Assembly: GCA_965248755.1 (NCBI GenBank)
Contig: OZ252149.1
Location: 128,001-192,000, forward strand
Length of the DNA: 64,000 nucleotides
Direction: 5' to 3'
Source of the DNA: Candidatus Latescibacterota bacterium
GTDB lineage: Bacteria; Latescibacterota; CBDEFO01
The notes below the pieces were generated by a model that made no database searches, had not been told where the DNA came from, and saw only the letters and a program-made list of their open reading frames with translations. Position 1 is the first letter of the stretch. Every line of letters begins with the position of its first letter. Made by a program: the position numbers and the translations under genes. Positions 49,826 to 58,688 of this stretch are shown here, one piece after another.

Positions 49826-52629
49826 GCGAGCACCTCCACCAGGTGCTTCAATCCGCCAACGGCATCCTTACCCAGATGGAAGCGGATCAAACGCCGCCCG
49901 GCCTTCAGCAGCGCCTGCCGGTCGCCCAGGGCCTGAGCTGCCTTGAGCACGCCAAACGTGATGGACGATGACGACGCTCCTGCTTCATCGGGAATGGGAG
50001 TATCCTGAGGGTCATCGGCTGTGAACTGGATAAAGAGCCCATTGCCGGCATCGCCCTTGTGCAGTTGGCCGGTGGAGTGCAGGAAACGTGGTCCATATCC
50101 GACGGTTGTCGTCAGCCGCAGTCGATCGCGTATCCGGGTGCGCAGCTCTCGCAAAGCGGCGCTGGTCTCTTCAGCAGGCTGGACATAGGCGTGCAGGGCA
50201 ACGTAATCTCCCGGCCGGGCCTGGGCTAGGAACGCATTCATCGCACCTTCTATACTGTCTGCCACCGCATCTGTGTAAACCGTGATTCCGTCGGCCTCAA
50301 GCGCAGGGGTCAGCGTAGGCAACGTCCCCTCCCTCTGATAGGCCGCCACCATTTCGCGGGCTAGCACTTTGGCAGATTCCACATTGGGCTGGTCAAAGGG
50401 GTGAATCCCCAGCCGATGCCCGGCCACGGCAGTCGCCATCTCCCAGCGGAAGAACTCGCCGCCCAGATCGTACAGGTCTCGCAGATCGATCTGTATCATA
50501 GGATGGCCGGCCCCTATTAGGGCCTGTACGGCGTCATCGTAGGTCTCATCTCCATCCAGGTGCAGGTAGACGAAGAGGCGGTCGTTGCCGTACACATTGG
50601 GCGTCCCCAAGGACTCGCCATCAACAGGTAAGATGCCTTTGCCGTCCTTACCGGTGCTTTCGGCAATGAGCTGTTCCACCCAGGTGCCAAAGGCGGCGAG
50701 GGGCGGCGAGGCGATCAGCGTCAGTTTGTCCCGCCCGATATTGGCCAGTTCACCCATTGTGGTGCCCAGCTGAGCACCTGTATTATCCCCTTTTTCCGGG
50801 CAGTTGCATCCCTCGCAATTGCACACGGCTGTCATTGCCCGGTCGAGCAGGGACGCCGCGTCCATACCGATCAGCGCTGCCGGCACCAGCCCGAAATGGG
50901 AAAGTGCCGAGTAGCGCCCGCCAATGTTCGGGTCGTTGAGGAATGTGGCCCGGAAATGATACTGCCCGGCCAGGTCGGCCAGTTTGCTACCGGGGTCGGT
51001 GATGGCGATAAAGTGCTCTCCGGCTCGGTCTGCGCTTACTGCTTCTGTGACTCTGTTGTAGAAATACTTGAAGAATGAGAGCGTCTCCACTGTGCCGCCC
51101 GATTTAGTGGAGACTATGAAGAGGGTGTGGGCCGGATCAAGCCGCTCGGCCTGGGCCAGCACGGCAGCCGGGTCGGTGCTGTCCAGCACAGCTAGGTCCA
51201 GATAGCCCGGCGCTACCACAAAGGTTTTGCGAAAGACCTCCGGAGCCAGGCTGGAGCCGCCCATCCCCAGCAGCAGGGCATGCGTGTAGCCGTCTCTGCG
51301 CACGGCATCCACGAATTGATGGATCTGCGGAAGCTGCTCCATCATCACATCCGGGCTGTGCAACCAGCCCAGCCGGTTGTCAATCTCAGCAGGATCCGGC
51401 TTCCAGACGGTGTGATCGTACGCCCAGATGCGGTCCATCACCCGGTTGGCTTTCAGGTCGGCCAGGGCCGCGTCGAGACCCACCTGATGGTCACCCAGCC
51501 TTGCTGTATAGCCTTTCTGTCCTGCCAGCAGGCGATCCCGTTTTTCGGCAATGCTGGCCATCAGGGTTTCGAAGGATCTGGTAAAGGCCGCCACACCATC
51601 GTCCTGCAGCTTCTGGGTGATGGCGTTCAGGTCGATTGCCAAATCCTCTAACTGAGCCAGTTGGGCCTCCGCCTCGTCCTGACCCTTGGTGAGCGTTTCC
51701 GAGACCGTGCCGTGATCACGAAATGCATTAAGGGTCGCCGGTGGCACGGTATTCACAGTATCGGGGCCGATCAAATGGTCCACATAGAGTGCCTCCGGAT
51801 ACAGGGAATTCTTGGTGCCGGTGCTGGCCCACAAGGGTCGCTGCACCCGCGCACCCTGGGCCGCCAGCTCATCCCAGCGGGGACCGCTGAATATCTCCCG
51901 AAAGGTTGCATAGACTGCTTTGGCATTGGCAATGGCAATTTTGCCCCTTAAACTTAAACCTGCCGCAAGCGATTCATCCTCGACATGCGCCAGCGCCTCA
52001 TCTATCGTTGTATCCACCCGGCTGACGAACAGGGAGGCCACCGAGGCTACCTGACTCAAGTCGGCAGTGCTGGCCGTCCGCTTTTCCAGGCCGGCCAGAT
52101 ACGCATATGCCACAGCCTTGTAGTGCGCCAGAGAGAAGATCAGTGTGACGTTGACGTTGATGCCCTCGCCGATGAGCGTCTCGATAGCCGGGATGCCGGC
52201 AGGCGTGGCCGGCACCTTGATCATCACGTTTGGCCGCTCCAGTGCGGCAAAGAGACGCCGCGCTTCAGCAATCGTGCCGCTCGTGTCGTGCGCCAGCGTT
52301 GGACTGACCTCCAGGCTGACGTAGCCGTCGGCGCCGTCCGTCGCCTCATACACCGGGTGCAACAGACCAGCGGCGCGCACGATATCATCCAGCACCAGGG
52401 CCTCGTAAATTTCGTTAATAGACTTCCCCGCTGTCACCAACTTTTGCAGATCTTCGTCATAGTCCACACTTCCGGCGATGGCCTTCTCAAAGATCGTTGG
52501 GTTTGAGGTGACACCGCGAACTCCTTCGTCAATCAATGACTGCAACTCTCCTGAGGTGATGAAAGCACGACGAATGTAATCGTACCAAATGGATTGGCCC
52601 AGTTGGGCCAGTTTGTGTAAGTTCCCCAT
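49822..52629 (-). CDS. tal-pgi: Bifunctional transaldolase / glucose-6-phosphate isomerase
   Basis: GQSIWYD, GVTSNPTIF, MIKVPAT, WASTGTK; GMGGSSL, SKSG-like STKSGGT, IGGRYS, EQLIAESTGK, PFDQPNVE. Confidence 0.93.
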   Translation of the reverse strand: MGNLHKLAQLGQSIWYDYIRRAFITSGELQSLIDEGVRGVTSNPTIFEKAIAGSVDYDEDLQKLVTAGKSINEIYEALVLDDIVRAAGLLHPVYEATDGADGYVSLEVSPTLAHDTSGTIAEARRLFAALERPNVMIKVPATPAGIPAIETLIGEGINVNVTLIFSLAHYKAVAYAYLAGLEKRTASTADLSQVASVASLFVSRVDTTIDEALAHVEDESLAAGLSLRGKIAIANAKAVYATFREIFSGPRWDELAAQGARVQRPLWASTGTKNSLYPEALYVDHLIGPDTVNTVPPATLNAFRDHGTVSETLTKGQDEAEAQLAQLEDLAIDLNAITQKLQDDGVAAFTRSFETLMASIAEKRDRLLAGQKGYTARLGDHQVGLDAALADLKANRVMDRIWAYDHTVWKPDPAEIDNRLGWLHSPDVMMEQLPQIHQFVDAVRRDGYTHALLLGMGGSSLAPEVFRKTFVVAPGYLDLAVLDSTDPAAVLAQAERLDPAHTLFIVSTKSGGTVETLSFFKYFYNRVTEAVSADRAGEHFIAITDPGSKLADLAGQYHFRATFLNDPNIGGRYSALSHFGLVPAALIGMDAASLLDRAMTAVCNCEGCNCPEKGDNTGAQLGTTMGELANIGRDKLTLIASPPLAAFGTWVEQLIAESTGKDGKGILPVDGESLGTPNVYGNDRLFVYLHLDGDETYDDAVQALIGAGHPMIQIDLRDLYDLGGEFFRWEMATAVAGHRLGIHPFDQPNVESAKVLAREMVAAYQREGTLPTLTPALEADGITVYTDAVADSIEGAMNAFLAQARPGDYVALHAYVQPAEETSAALRELRTRIRDRLRLTTTVGYGPRFLHSTGQLHKGDAGNGLFIQFTADDPQDTPIPDEAGASSSSITFGVLKAAQALGDRQALLKAGRRLIRFHLGKDAVGGLKHLVEVLA

Positions 52630-52644
52630 GCTCCGTCCTCCTTC

Positions 52645-52684
52645 CCCCGATCCCCGATAGACTCAATCGAGGATTCAATCGGGG
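52645..52684. repeat. Nested 21-bp palindromes
   Basis: CCCCGAT[CCCCGATAGACTCAATCGAGG]ATTCAATCGGGG between tkt and tal-pgi. Confidence 0.8.
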
Positions 52685-52685
52685 C

Positions 52686-54755
52686 TTAATCCTGCGCTAC
52701 TTTCGCCACCTGCTCCCTGGCGGTGGCGACCACGCGCTCGGGAGTAAAACCATACTTCCTTTGTAATTCCACCAGCGGTGCCGAAGCCCCGAAGGTGGAC
52801 ATACCGATGATCTGGCCTGTTGGTCCGACATATCGCTCCCAGCCCAGGGTGGAGGCCTGTTCCACGGAGACACGCGCCGTGATCTCCGGAGGGATAACAT
52901 GCTCCCGGTATGTTTGATCCTGTCGATCGAATAACTCCCAGGATGGCATGCTCACCACGCGGGCATGGATCCCATCGGCCATGAGCTGTTCATACGCTTG
53001 AACGCACAACGATACCTCACTGCCGCTGGCCAGCAGCAGGACATCGGGCTTGCCCCCGTCGGCATCGGCCAGCACGTAGGCGCCCTTCTGGACTCTGGAT
53101 GCCGGGGCGTATTTCGATCGATCCAGGGTGGGCAGCGGCTGCCGGCTGAGGATGAGAGCCGCCGGTTCGTGATGCAGCGCCATAATCACCCGCCAGGCCT
53201 CCACCACCTCGTTGGCATCGGCTGGCCGTAATGTAATCAGCCCCGGGATGGAGCGCAGCGAGGCCAACTGCTCCACTGGTTGGTGGGTGGGCCCATCTTC
53301 ACCTACACCGATAGAGTCGTGCGTGAAGATGTAAATGATGGGGATTTCCATAAGGGCGCTCAGCCGGATGGCGGGCCGGGAGTAATCGCTGAAGATCAGG
53401 AATCCGGAGCCATAGGGACGGATCTTGCAGAGCGACAGTCCGTTCAGAATAGCCGCCATCGCATGTTCACGGACACCGAAGTGAAGGTTGCGCCCCTGGT
53501 TGTGCTCAGCGGTGAAATCACCTGCCCCTTCGAACGTGAGGCGGGTCTTGGTCGAGGGCGTCAGGTCCGCCGAGCCGCCGATCAGCCAGGGCACGTTTTG
53601 GGCAAGGACGTTGAGCACCTGGCTGGAGGCGTCACGTCCGGCACTTCCCTTGGGGTCAGGTGAGAAGATGGGCAAGCCTTTGTCCCAGCCGTCGGGAAGC
53701 TGGCGGTGCTGCATCTTGTAGAGGTGATCGGCCAGCTCGGGATATTCCCTTTTGTAGTCTTCAAACCTAGTGAACCACGCCTCGCGCAGGGACTGCCCGC
53801 GCTTGCCCACACCCTCACCTAAATGCGCTCGGACCTCGTCGGGTACCCAGAACGCCTTATCCTCCGGCCAACCGTAGTTCCGTTTGGTCAGCCGGATCTC
53901 CTCCTCACCCAGGGGTTCGCCGTGAGCCGCGCTTGTGTCCTGCTTGTGGGGCGCCCCGTAGGCAATATGGCTGTCCACAACGATCAACGTGGGTCTGTCG
54001 GGCGTGATCTTGAACGTTCGGAAGGCGCGGTCGAGCATCTCCAGGTCGTTGGCGTCGCCTACGCGGGTCACGTTCCAGCCGTAGGCGATGAAGCGTGTTG
54101 CCACGTCTTCGGTGAAGGCCCAATCGGTGTGGCCCTCGATGGTGATCTTGTTGTTGTCGTAGATCCAGCACAGGTTCGAGAGTCGGAGGTGTCCGGCCAG
54201 CGAGGCGGCTTCCCCGGAGACGCCTTCCATCATACAGCCGTCGCCGCACAAAGTGTAGACATCATAATTGAACAGCTCAAAGTCCGGGCGATTGAAGTAT
54301 GCGGCCATCCAACGTCCGCCCAGGGCCATACCGACGCTGGTCGCCACACCCTGGCCCAGAGGGCCGGTTGTCGTCTCAACGCCGGATGTCCAACGATATT
54401 CCGGATGCCCAGGGCATCTGCTGCCGAGCTGGCGAAACCGTTTGATGTCGTCGAGCGTCACCGACGGTTCACCCAGTCGCTCGTATTTGGGGTTCACCGC
54501 CTTGACACCGCACAGGTACAGCGTGGAGTAAAGCAGCATCGAAGCGTGACCGATCGACAGCACGAATCGATCTCGATTTGGCCAGATCGGGTCTTCCGGA
54601 TCAAACCGCAAGAATCGCTGCCACAGGCAATAGACAACGGGCGCCATGGCCATAGCCGTGCCGGGATGACCCGAGTTGGCTTCCTGAACTGCGTCCATGG
54701 ACAGGGTCCGCATCGTGTTGATGGACAACTGATCGATATCTGGTTGCCGAGTCAT
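52686..54755 (-). CDS. tkt: Transketolase
   Basis: ANSGHPG, NRDRFVLS, TTGPLGQG, GDGCMMEG, GVREHAM, THDSIGVGEDGPTHQP. Confidence 0.95.
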   Translation of the reverse strand: MTRQPDIDQLSINTMRTLSMDAVQEANSGHPGTAMAMAPVVYCLWQRFLRFDPEDPIWPNRDRFVLSIGHASMLLYSTLYLCGVKAVNPKYERLGEPSVTLDDIKRFRQLGSRCPGHPEYRWTSGVETTTGPLGQGVATSVGMALGGRWMAAYFNRPDFELFNYDVYTLCGDGCMMEGVSGEAASLAGHLRLSNLCWIYDNNKITIEGHTDWAFTEDVATRFIAYGWNVTRVGDANDLEMLDRAFRTFKITPDRPTLIVVDSHIAYGAPHKQDTSAAHGEPLGEEEIRLTKRNYGWPEDKAFWVPDEVRAHLGEGVGKRGQSLREAWFTRFEDYKREYPELADHLYKMQHRQLPDGWDKGLPIFSPDPKGSAGRDASSQVLNVLAQNVPWLIGGSADLTPSTKTRLTFEGAGDFTAEHNQGRNLHFGVREHAMAAILNGLSLCKIRPYGSGFLIFSDYSRPAIRLSALMEIPIIYIFTHDSIGVGEDGPTHQPVEQLASLRSIPGLITLRPADANEVVEAWRVIMALHHEPAALILSRQPLPTLDRSKYAPASRVQKGAYVLADADGGKPDVLLLASGSEVSLCVQAYEQLMADGIHARVVSMPSWELFDRQDQTYREHVIPPEITARVSVEQASTLGWERYVGPTGQIIGMSTFGASAPLVELQRKYGFTPERVVATAREQVAKVAQD

Positions 54756-54769
54756 TGAACCTCTCCTTT

Positions 54770-55330
54770 GTAGGTCTTGATCATCTTGTTGAGCAGATGC
54801 AGGGCTTCTGACTTTTCGCTCTGGAACACATTGCGTCCGATGATGGAGCCAAACCCTCCCCCTCACGGATTGCTCGGGCTTCTTCCAGGAGAGCTTCATC
54901 ATCTTCCTTCTTCGCGCCTCCAGAGAAGATCACAATCCGACGCCCGTTGAATGTGCTTTGCACCACGTGCCTAACCCCCTGTGCCAACGTCTCTCGTGCG
55001 ATGCCATACGTCTCGTAGACTTCTTTAGCTGCGTCCAGTTCAATATGTACAGAGGGCAGCTTGACCTTAATGATGTGTGCGCCCAGTTGTGCCGCAATTT
55101 GAGCCGCGTAAACCGCTATGTCCAGAACGGTCTCTCCGTCTTTGCTCAACCCCCTGCCTCTCGGATACGACCACACCACGACAACCAACCCCACTGATTT
55201 GGCTTCACACGCAAGTTCTCTCAACTGCTCGTATTACCAGCCGCCGATCGGCCGTTCCGGGATAAATCGTATAGCCGATGCCTACGCACCCCAGCCGCAG
55301 GGCATCGGACACTGAGGCCGTTTGCGCGCT
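54770..55330 (-). pseudogene. fbaB: Class I fructose-bisphosphate aldolase (FbaB-type) 3' remnant
   Basis: DALRLGCVGIGYTIYPG, WSYPRG, AAQLGAHIIKVK, IFSGGAK; truncated and frameshifted. Confidence 0.8.
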
Positions 55331-55489
55331 GTACTGCTCCCCTGAAAAGCGACACCGACTAAGCAACGTGGGGAAGCAAATAGAATTGTTTTTTCCACTG
55401 TTGTGGGGTCTTACATCCCAGGGATGAATGGAGACGAATCTTGTTGTAATTATCAATCCACTGAGATATGATCTTCTCAGCTTGTTCAA

Positions 55490-55546
55490 AGGATTCAAAT
55501 CTGCCTTGTCTTCAGCGGGATGGATGATAAAGACGTCATAGATCAT
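55490..55546 (-). pseudogene. TIR-domain N-terminal remnant at the start of a second cassette
   Basis: MIYDVFIIHPAEDK resembles the YDVFISHASEDK TIR motif; immediately follows attC. Confidence 0.5.
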
Positions 55547-55589
55547 TGGTGGTCTCTTTGCTCGTTGGTTCTAGTCGCTTACTTTTATC

Positions 55590-55685
55590 GCCGAACGATC
55601 TGCGGTTCACCTGCCGCCGCTAAATAATTTGGTATTTGAAGAATCGCACAGAGCAAAGGCAGTCAGGTGTAATCGCTGGTTAGGC
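55590..55685 (-). other. Integron attC recombination site
   Basis: R'' GCCTAAC overlapping the stop codon, R' GTTCGGC, arms GCGATTACACCTGACTGCC / GGCGGCAGGTGAACCGC with unpaired bases. Confidence 0.8.
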
Positions 55686-56033
55686 ACTGTTTCTGAGAGC
55701 ACGTTTAGTGCCCAAGGCAATCCCAACACATGCAGCCAATGGTATCAAAACCGAAGAAACCGCATAGCCAGTTCCTATACCAGTGATAATCGTCGAGTAG
55801 CCGAGCCTTGCGACAAAATAGGAGTCTAAAGCAAAGGCTGGCAATGCCAACAACAAGCCCCATAACCACCGACCTCCCGCCACCTTGCCACCCAATGCAT
55901 AGCCGATGCCAAGGAAAATGACAAGGTCCAAAATATTGAAGAAATTTAAGAATAACCAAACGAGTTTTGATCCCCCAAGAAGCAACCCTAACAAGGACAG
56001 CACAATGGTGGTTTTAACCTTACTCCATTTCAT
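55680..56033 (-). CDS. Four-TM membrane hypothetical protein (gene cassette)
   Basis: Hydrophobic helices; bounded by GTTATGC (56083) and attC. Confidence 0.75.
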   Translation of the reverse strand: MKWSKVKTTIVLSLLGLLLGGSKLVWLFLNFFNILDLVIFLGIGYALGGKVAGGRWLWGLLLALPAFALDSYFVARLGYSTIITGIGTGYAVSSVLIPLAACVGIALGTKRALRNSA

Positions 56034-56185
56034 TCCGTCCGCCTTTATCCAGAAAAAATAGCGTTTGTTATAATGCGCATAACTAGGGTTTATACAGTTT
56101 TCTATGCTAAGAACCTATATACAGCTATTTGAGCTATATAAGACCCCACTGAAATATTAAGAGAAAACCTGTAATATCAAAAATA

Positions 56186-56720
56186 TCATGCGGATCGCAC
56201 TATCGACACCCGCCTCATCGTTTGGAAAGAGGACATACTACCGCCTCGGTTGCCCTGAAGCGATTGGCGGTTTACAGTACCAAAAACCGATTCTATCGAG
56301 CCAATCAGGATCTCGGACGCATCTTCAAAACGGAGTTCATCCTCAACTATATGTCCGAGCCTCACCTGCGAGCGCCTATCCGACAAGGTCTCCTCAAAGT
56401 CGAGCAACTCCACGCCTTGGCCCGAGACGTCTACTACGGCAGAAGAGGACGGATCAACGCCCGCGAACTGCACGAATAGATCAGCACCTGCAGCTGTCTC
56501 ACCCTCATCCTCGCTTGCATTATCTACTGGCAAGCCAAAGAGATCTCCAGAGTCATAAGCTCCTGTAACCCGGAGAAAGAGCATATCTCTTTGCTGGGGC
56601 ACATCAGTCCCATCAAATGGGATAACATCATCTGCTACGGACAATACATCGTCAACCGAAATCTGATCCGCTAACTTCGATCCTCAGAGTATATTTTTAC
56701 ACGAATGTCGTCGGCACCCC
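56186..56720 (+). mobile_element. Tn3-family transposase 3' remnant with 38-bp terminal IR
   Basis: DLGRIFKTEFILNY..LLKVEQLHALAR.VYYG..CLTLILACIIYW..HISPIKWDNI..YGQY; internal TAG; IR 56683-56720 ending CACCCC. Confidence 0.88.
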
Positions 56721-56852
56721 TACTTTGCCCCTGGTAACACGAATGTTTGAACTGGGCCAGATTCGGAAAGATAATGATCACCCCATCTGGTTCCCGCTGG
56801 ATTTGGCAATCCAGGCCGAACGAAATGGAACATTTTATTTCTTCCACATCCC

Positions 56853-57617
56853 TTAGTAAGTAAGATAACCACCGTCCAGCACAATTGTCGAGCCAGTAAA
56901 GAACTGACTCTCATCCGAGGCCAGAAACACGACGGCATCACCGACGTCACGGGGTTGGCCGGGACCGAATGGGGTCTGACGCACATAAGTATAAGGGGAC
57001 TCGGGGCTCTTCATCAAATCGATGATGGGCTGCACCGTTTCGGTCCAAATGAAGCCAGGAGAGATACAATTGACGTTGATCCCATGGCGTGCCAGTTCGA
57101 GCGCCATGACTTTTGTCAAGCCGATCACCCCGGCCTTGGAAGCACAATAAGCGGCTGCAAATTCCTCACCAATTAGCCCATCCACGGACGAGATGTTAAT
57201 GATCTTGCCGCTTCCCTGCTCGATCATATGACGAGCGGCTGCCTGGGAGCAGAGGAAGACTCCCTTCAGATTGACGGACATCACCCTGTCCCACAGCTCC
57301 TCGCTCATCTCCATGAAAGAACTGAACTTGGCCATCCCCGAGACGCCGGCATTGTTGACCAGGATGTCGAGCCCACCGCCCCATTCAATGGTGGTTTCAA
57401 CGAGCTCCTGCACCCGCTCCCGCTGTGTCACGTCGGTCTGCAAACCCAAAGCTTGTCCACCTTTAGCAACGATCTCGTCTGCAGTTTCTCGGGCTTTGTC
57501 CTCGCGCCGCTGTGCAATGACGACCTTGCCACCTTCCTCTGCCAAACGCTCAGCAATGCCCTTGCCAATACCTACGCCGCCGCCGGTTACGATAGCAACC
57601 TTGTCCTTCAGACGCAT
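56853..57617 (-). CDS. Classical SDR oxidoreductase (FabG-like)
   Basis: TGGGVGIG, NNAG, YCASK. Confidence 0.92.
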   Translation of the reverse strand: MRLKDKVAIVTGGGVGIGKGIAERLAEEGGKVVIAQRREDKARETADEIVAKGGQALGLQTDVTQRERVQELVETTIEWGGGLDILVNNAGVSGMAKFSSFMEMSEELWDRVMSVNLKGVFLCSQAAARHMIEQGSGKIINISSVDGLIGEEFAAAYCASKAGVIGLTKVMALELARHGINVNCISPGFIWTETVQPIIDLMKSPESPYTYVRQTPFGPGQPRDVGDAVVFLASDESQFFTGSTIVLDGGYLTY

Positions 57618-57641
57618 CGGTTGTGACCTCCATAGCTCATT

Positions 57642-58400
57642 CTATTTGGTCATGTATCCGCCATCCACGACAATCACCGCTCCCGTCACGTACGATGACT
57701 CGTCAGAGGCCAGCCACAGCGCAGTCTGCGCTACCTCCTGGGGCTGCCCCACGCGCCCCAATGCTGTGCGAGTCTGCCAGAAGTCACGCACCCCCACGTC
57801 CTCGTACGAGCCGGCCGTCATCGGCGTGTCGATGGAGCCGGGACAGATGGCGTTGACGCGAATTCCCTTGGGTCCCCACGTGCCGGCCATCGTGTAGGTC
57901 AACGAGATAATGCCGCCTTTGCTGGTGGCATAGGCATCGTAAATATCTTTGCCCGCGCGCAATGCTGCGATGGACGTGACATTGATGATGGAGCCTCCGC
58001 CGGCTTCAACCATGTGGGGAATAGCATACTTGCAGCCCAGGAAGGTGCCTTTCAAGTTAATGGTGATGATCCGATCCCAAACATCCTCCGAGAGATCCGG
58101 CGCCGGCCCGTCTTGTTCCATCCACACGCCGGCATTGTTGTAGAGGATGTTCAACCCGCCGAACGTCTGCACCGCCAAAGACACAGCCGCCTGTACCTCG
58201 GCCGCTTTGGACACATCGGCGACAGCCTCCACAGCTTCACCTCCCTCAGCCCGAATCATGGCAACTGTCTCCTCGGCCCAGTCTGGCTCGCAGTCACAGA
58301 CCGCCACGCGAGTACCTTCCTGTGCAAAGAGCAAAGCCGCGCTGCGACCGATACCACGGCCCGCCCCGGTGATGAGTGCCGTTTTCCCCTCTAATCGCAT
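57642..58400 (-). CDS. Classical SDR oxidoreductase
   Basis: TGAGRGIG, NNAG, YATSK. Confidence 0.92.
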   Translation of the reverse strand: MRLEGKTALITGAGRGIGRSAALLFAQEGTRVAVCDCEPDWAEETVAMIRAEGGEAVEAVADVSKAAEVQAAVSLAVQTFGGLNILYNNAGVWMEQDGPAPDLSEDVWDRIITINLKGTFLGCKYAIPHMVEAGGGSIINVTSIAALRAGKDIYDAYATSKGGIISLTYTMAGTWGPKGIRVNAICPGSIDTPMTAGSYEDVGVRDFWQTRTALGRVGQPQEVAQTALWLASDESSYVTGAVIVVDGGYMTK

Positions 58401-58484
58401 GGGAAGACTCCTGTCTTCGTGAAACATGATACGTGAAGATCCCTTTCGTGTACTCGCATCACGTTTTACGTTTCACATTTCACG

Positions 58485-58688
58485 TTAGATTTTTACAGCA
58501 CCATACTTAGCGCGCTTTTCTTGATACCAGGTGTAGAACTCAGAGCAACTGGCGTCACAGAATTCCCGCTCGGTGCCGTCTACCAACACCAATGTGGGTT
58601 GGTCTACGATCATCTTGCCACAAAACCAACAGCGACGATATTCGTAGACCAGGTTGCCGTACTCTTCCATAGCGTTATAGACCTTCAA
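58485..58688 (-). CDS. Small Cys-rich TRASH/YHS-like metal-binding protein
   Basis: CWFCGKMI...FCDASC; starts immediately after the upstream stop with RBS GGAGG. Confidence 0.7.
   Translation of the reverse strand: MKVYNAMEEYGNLVYEYRRCWFCGKMIVDQPTLVLVDGTEREFCDASCSEFYTWYQEKRAKYGAVKI

Noticed and set aside
1576..52684. CRISPR array built from the palindromic repeats
   Set aside because: Copies are dispersed or nested, not regularly spaced with unique spacers; no cas genes
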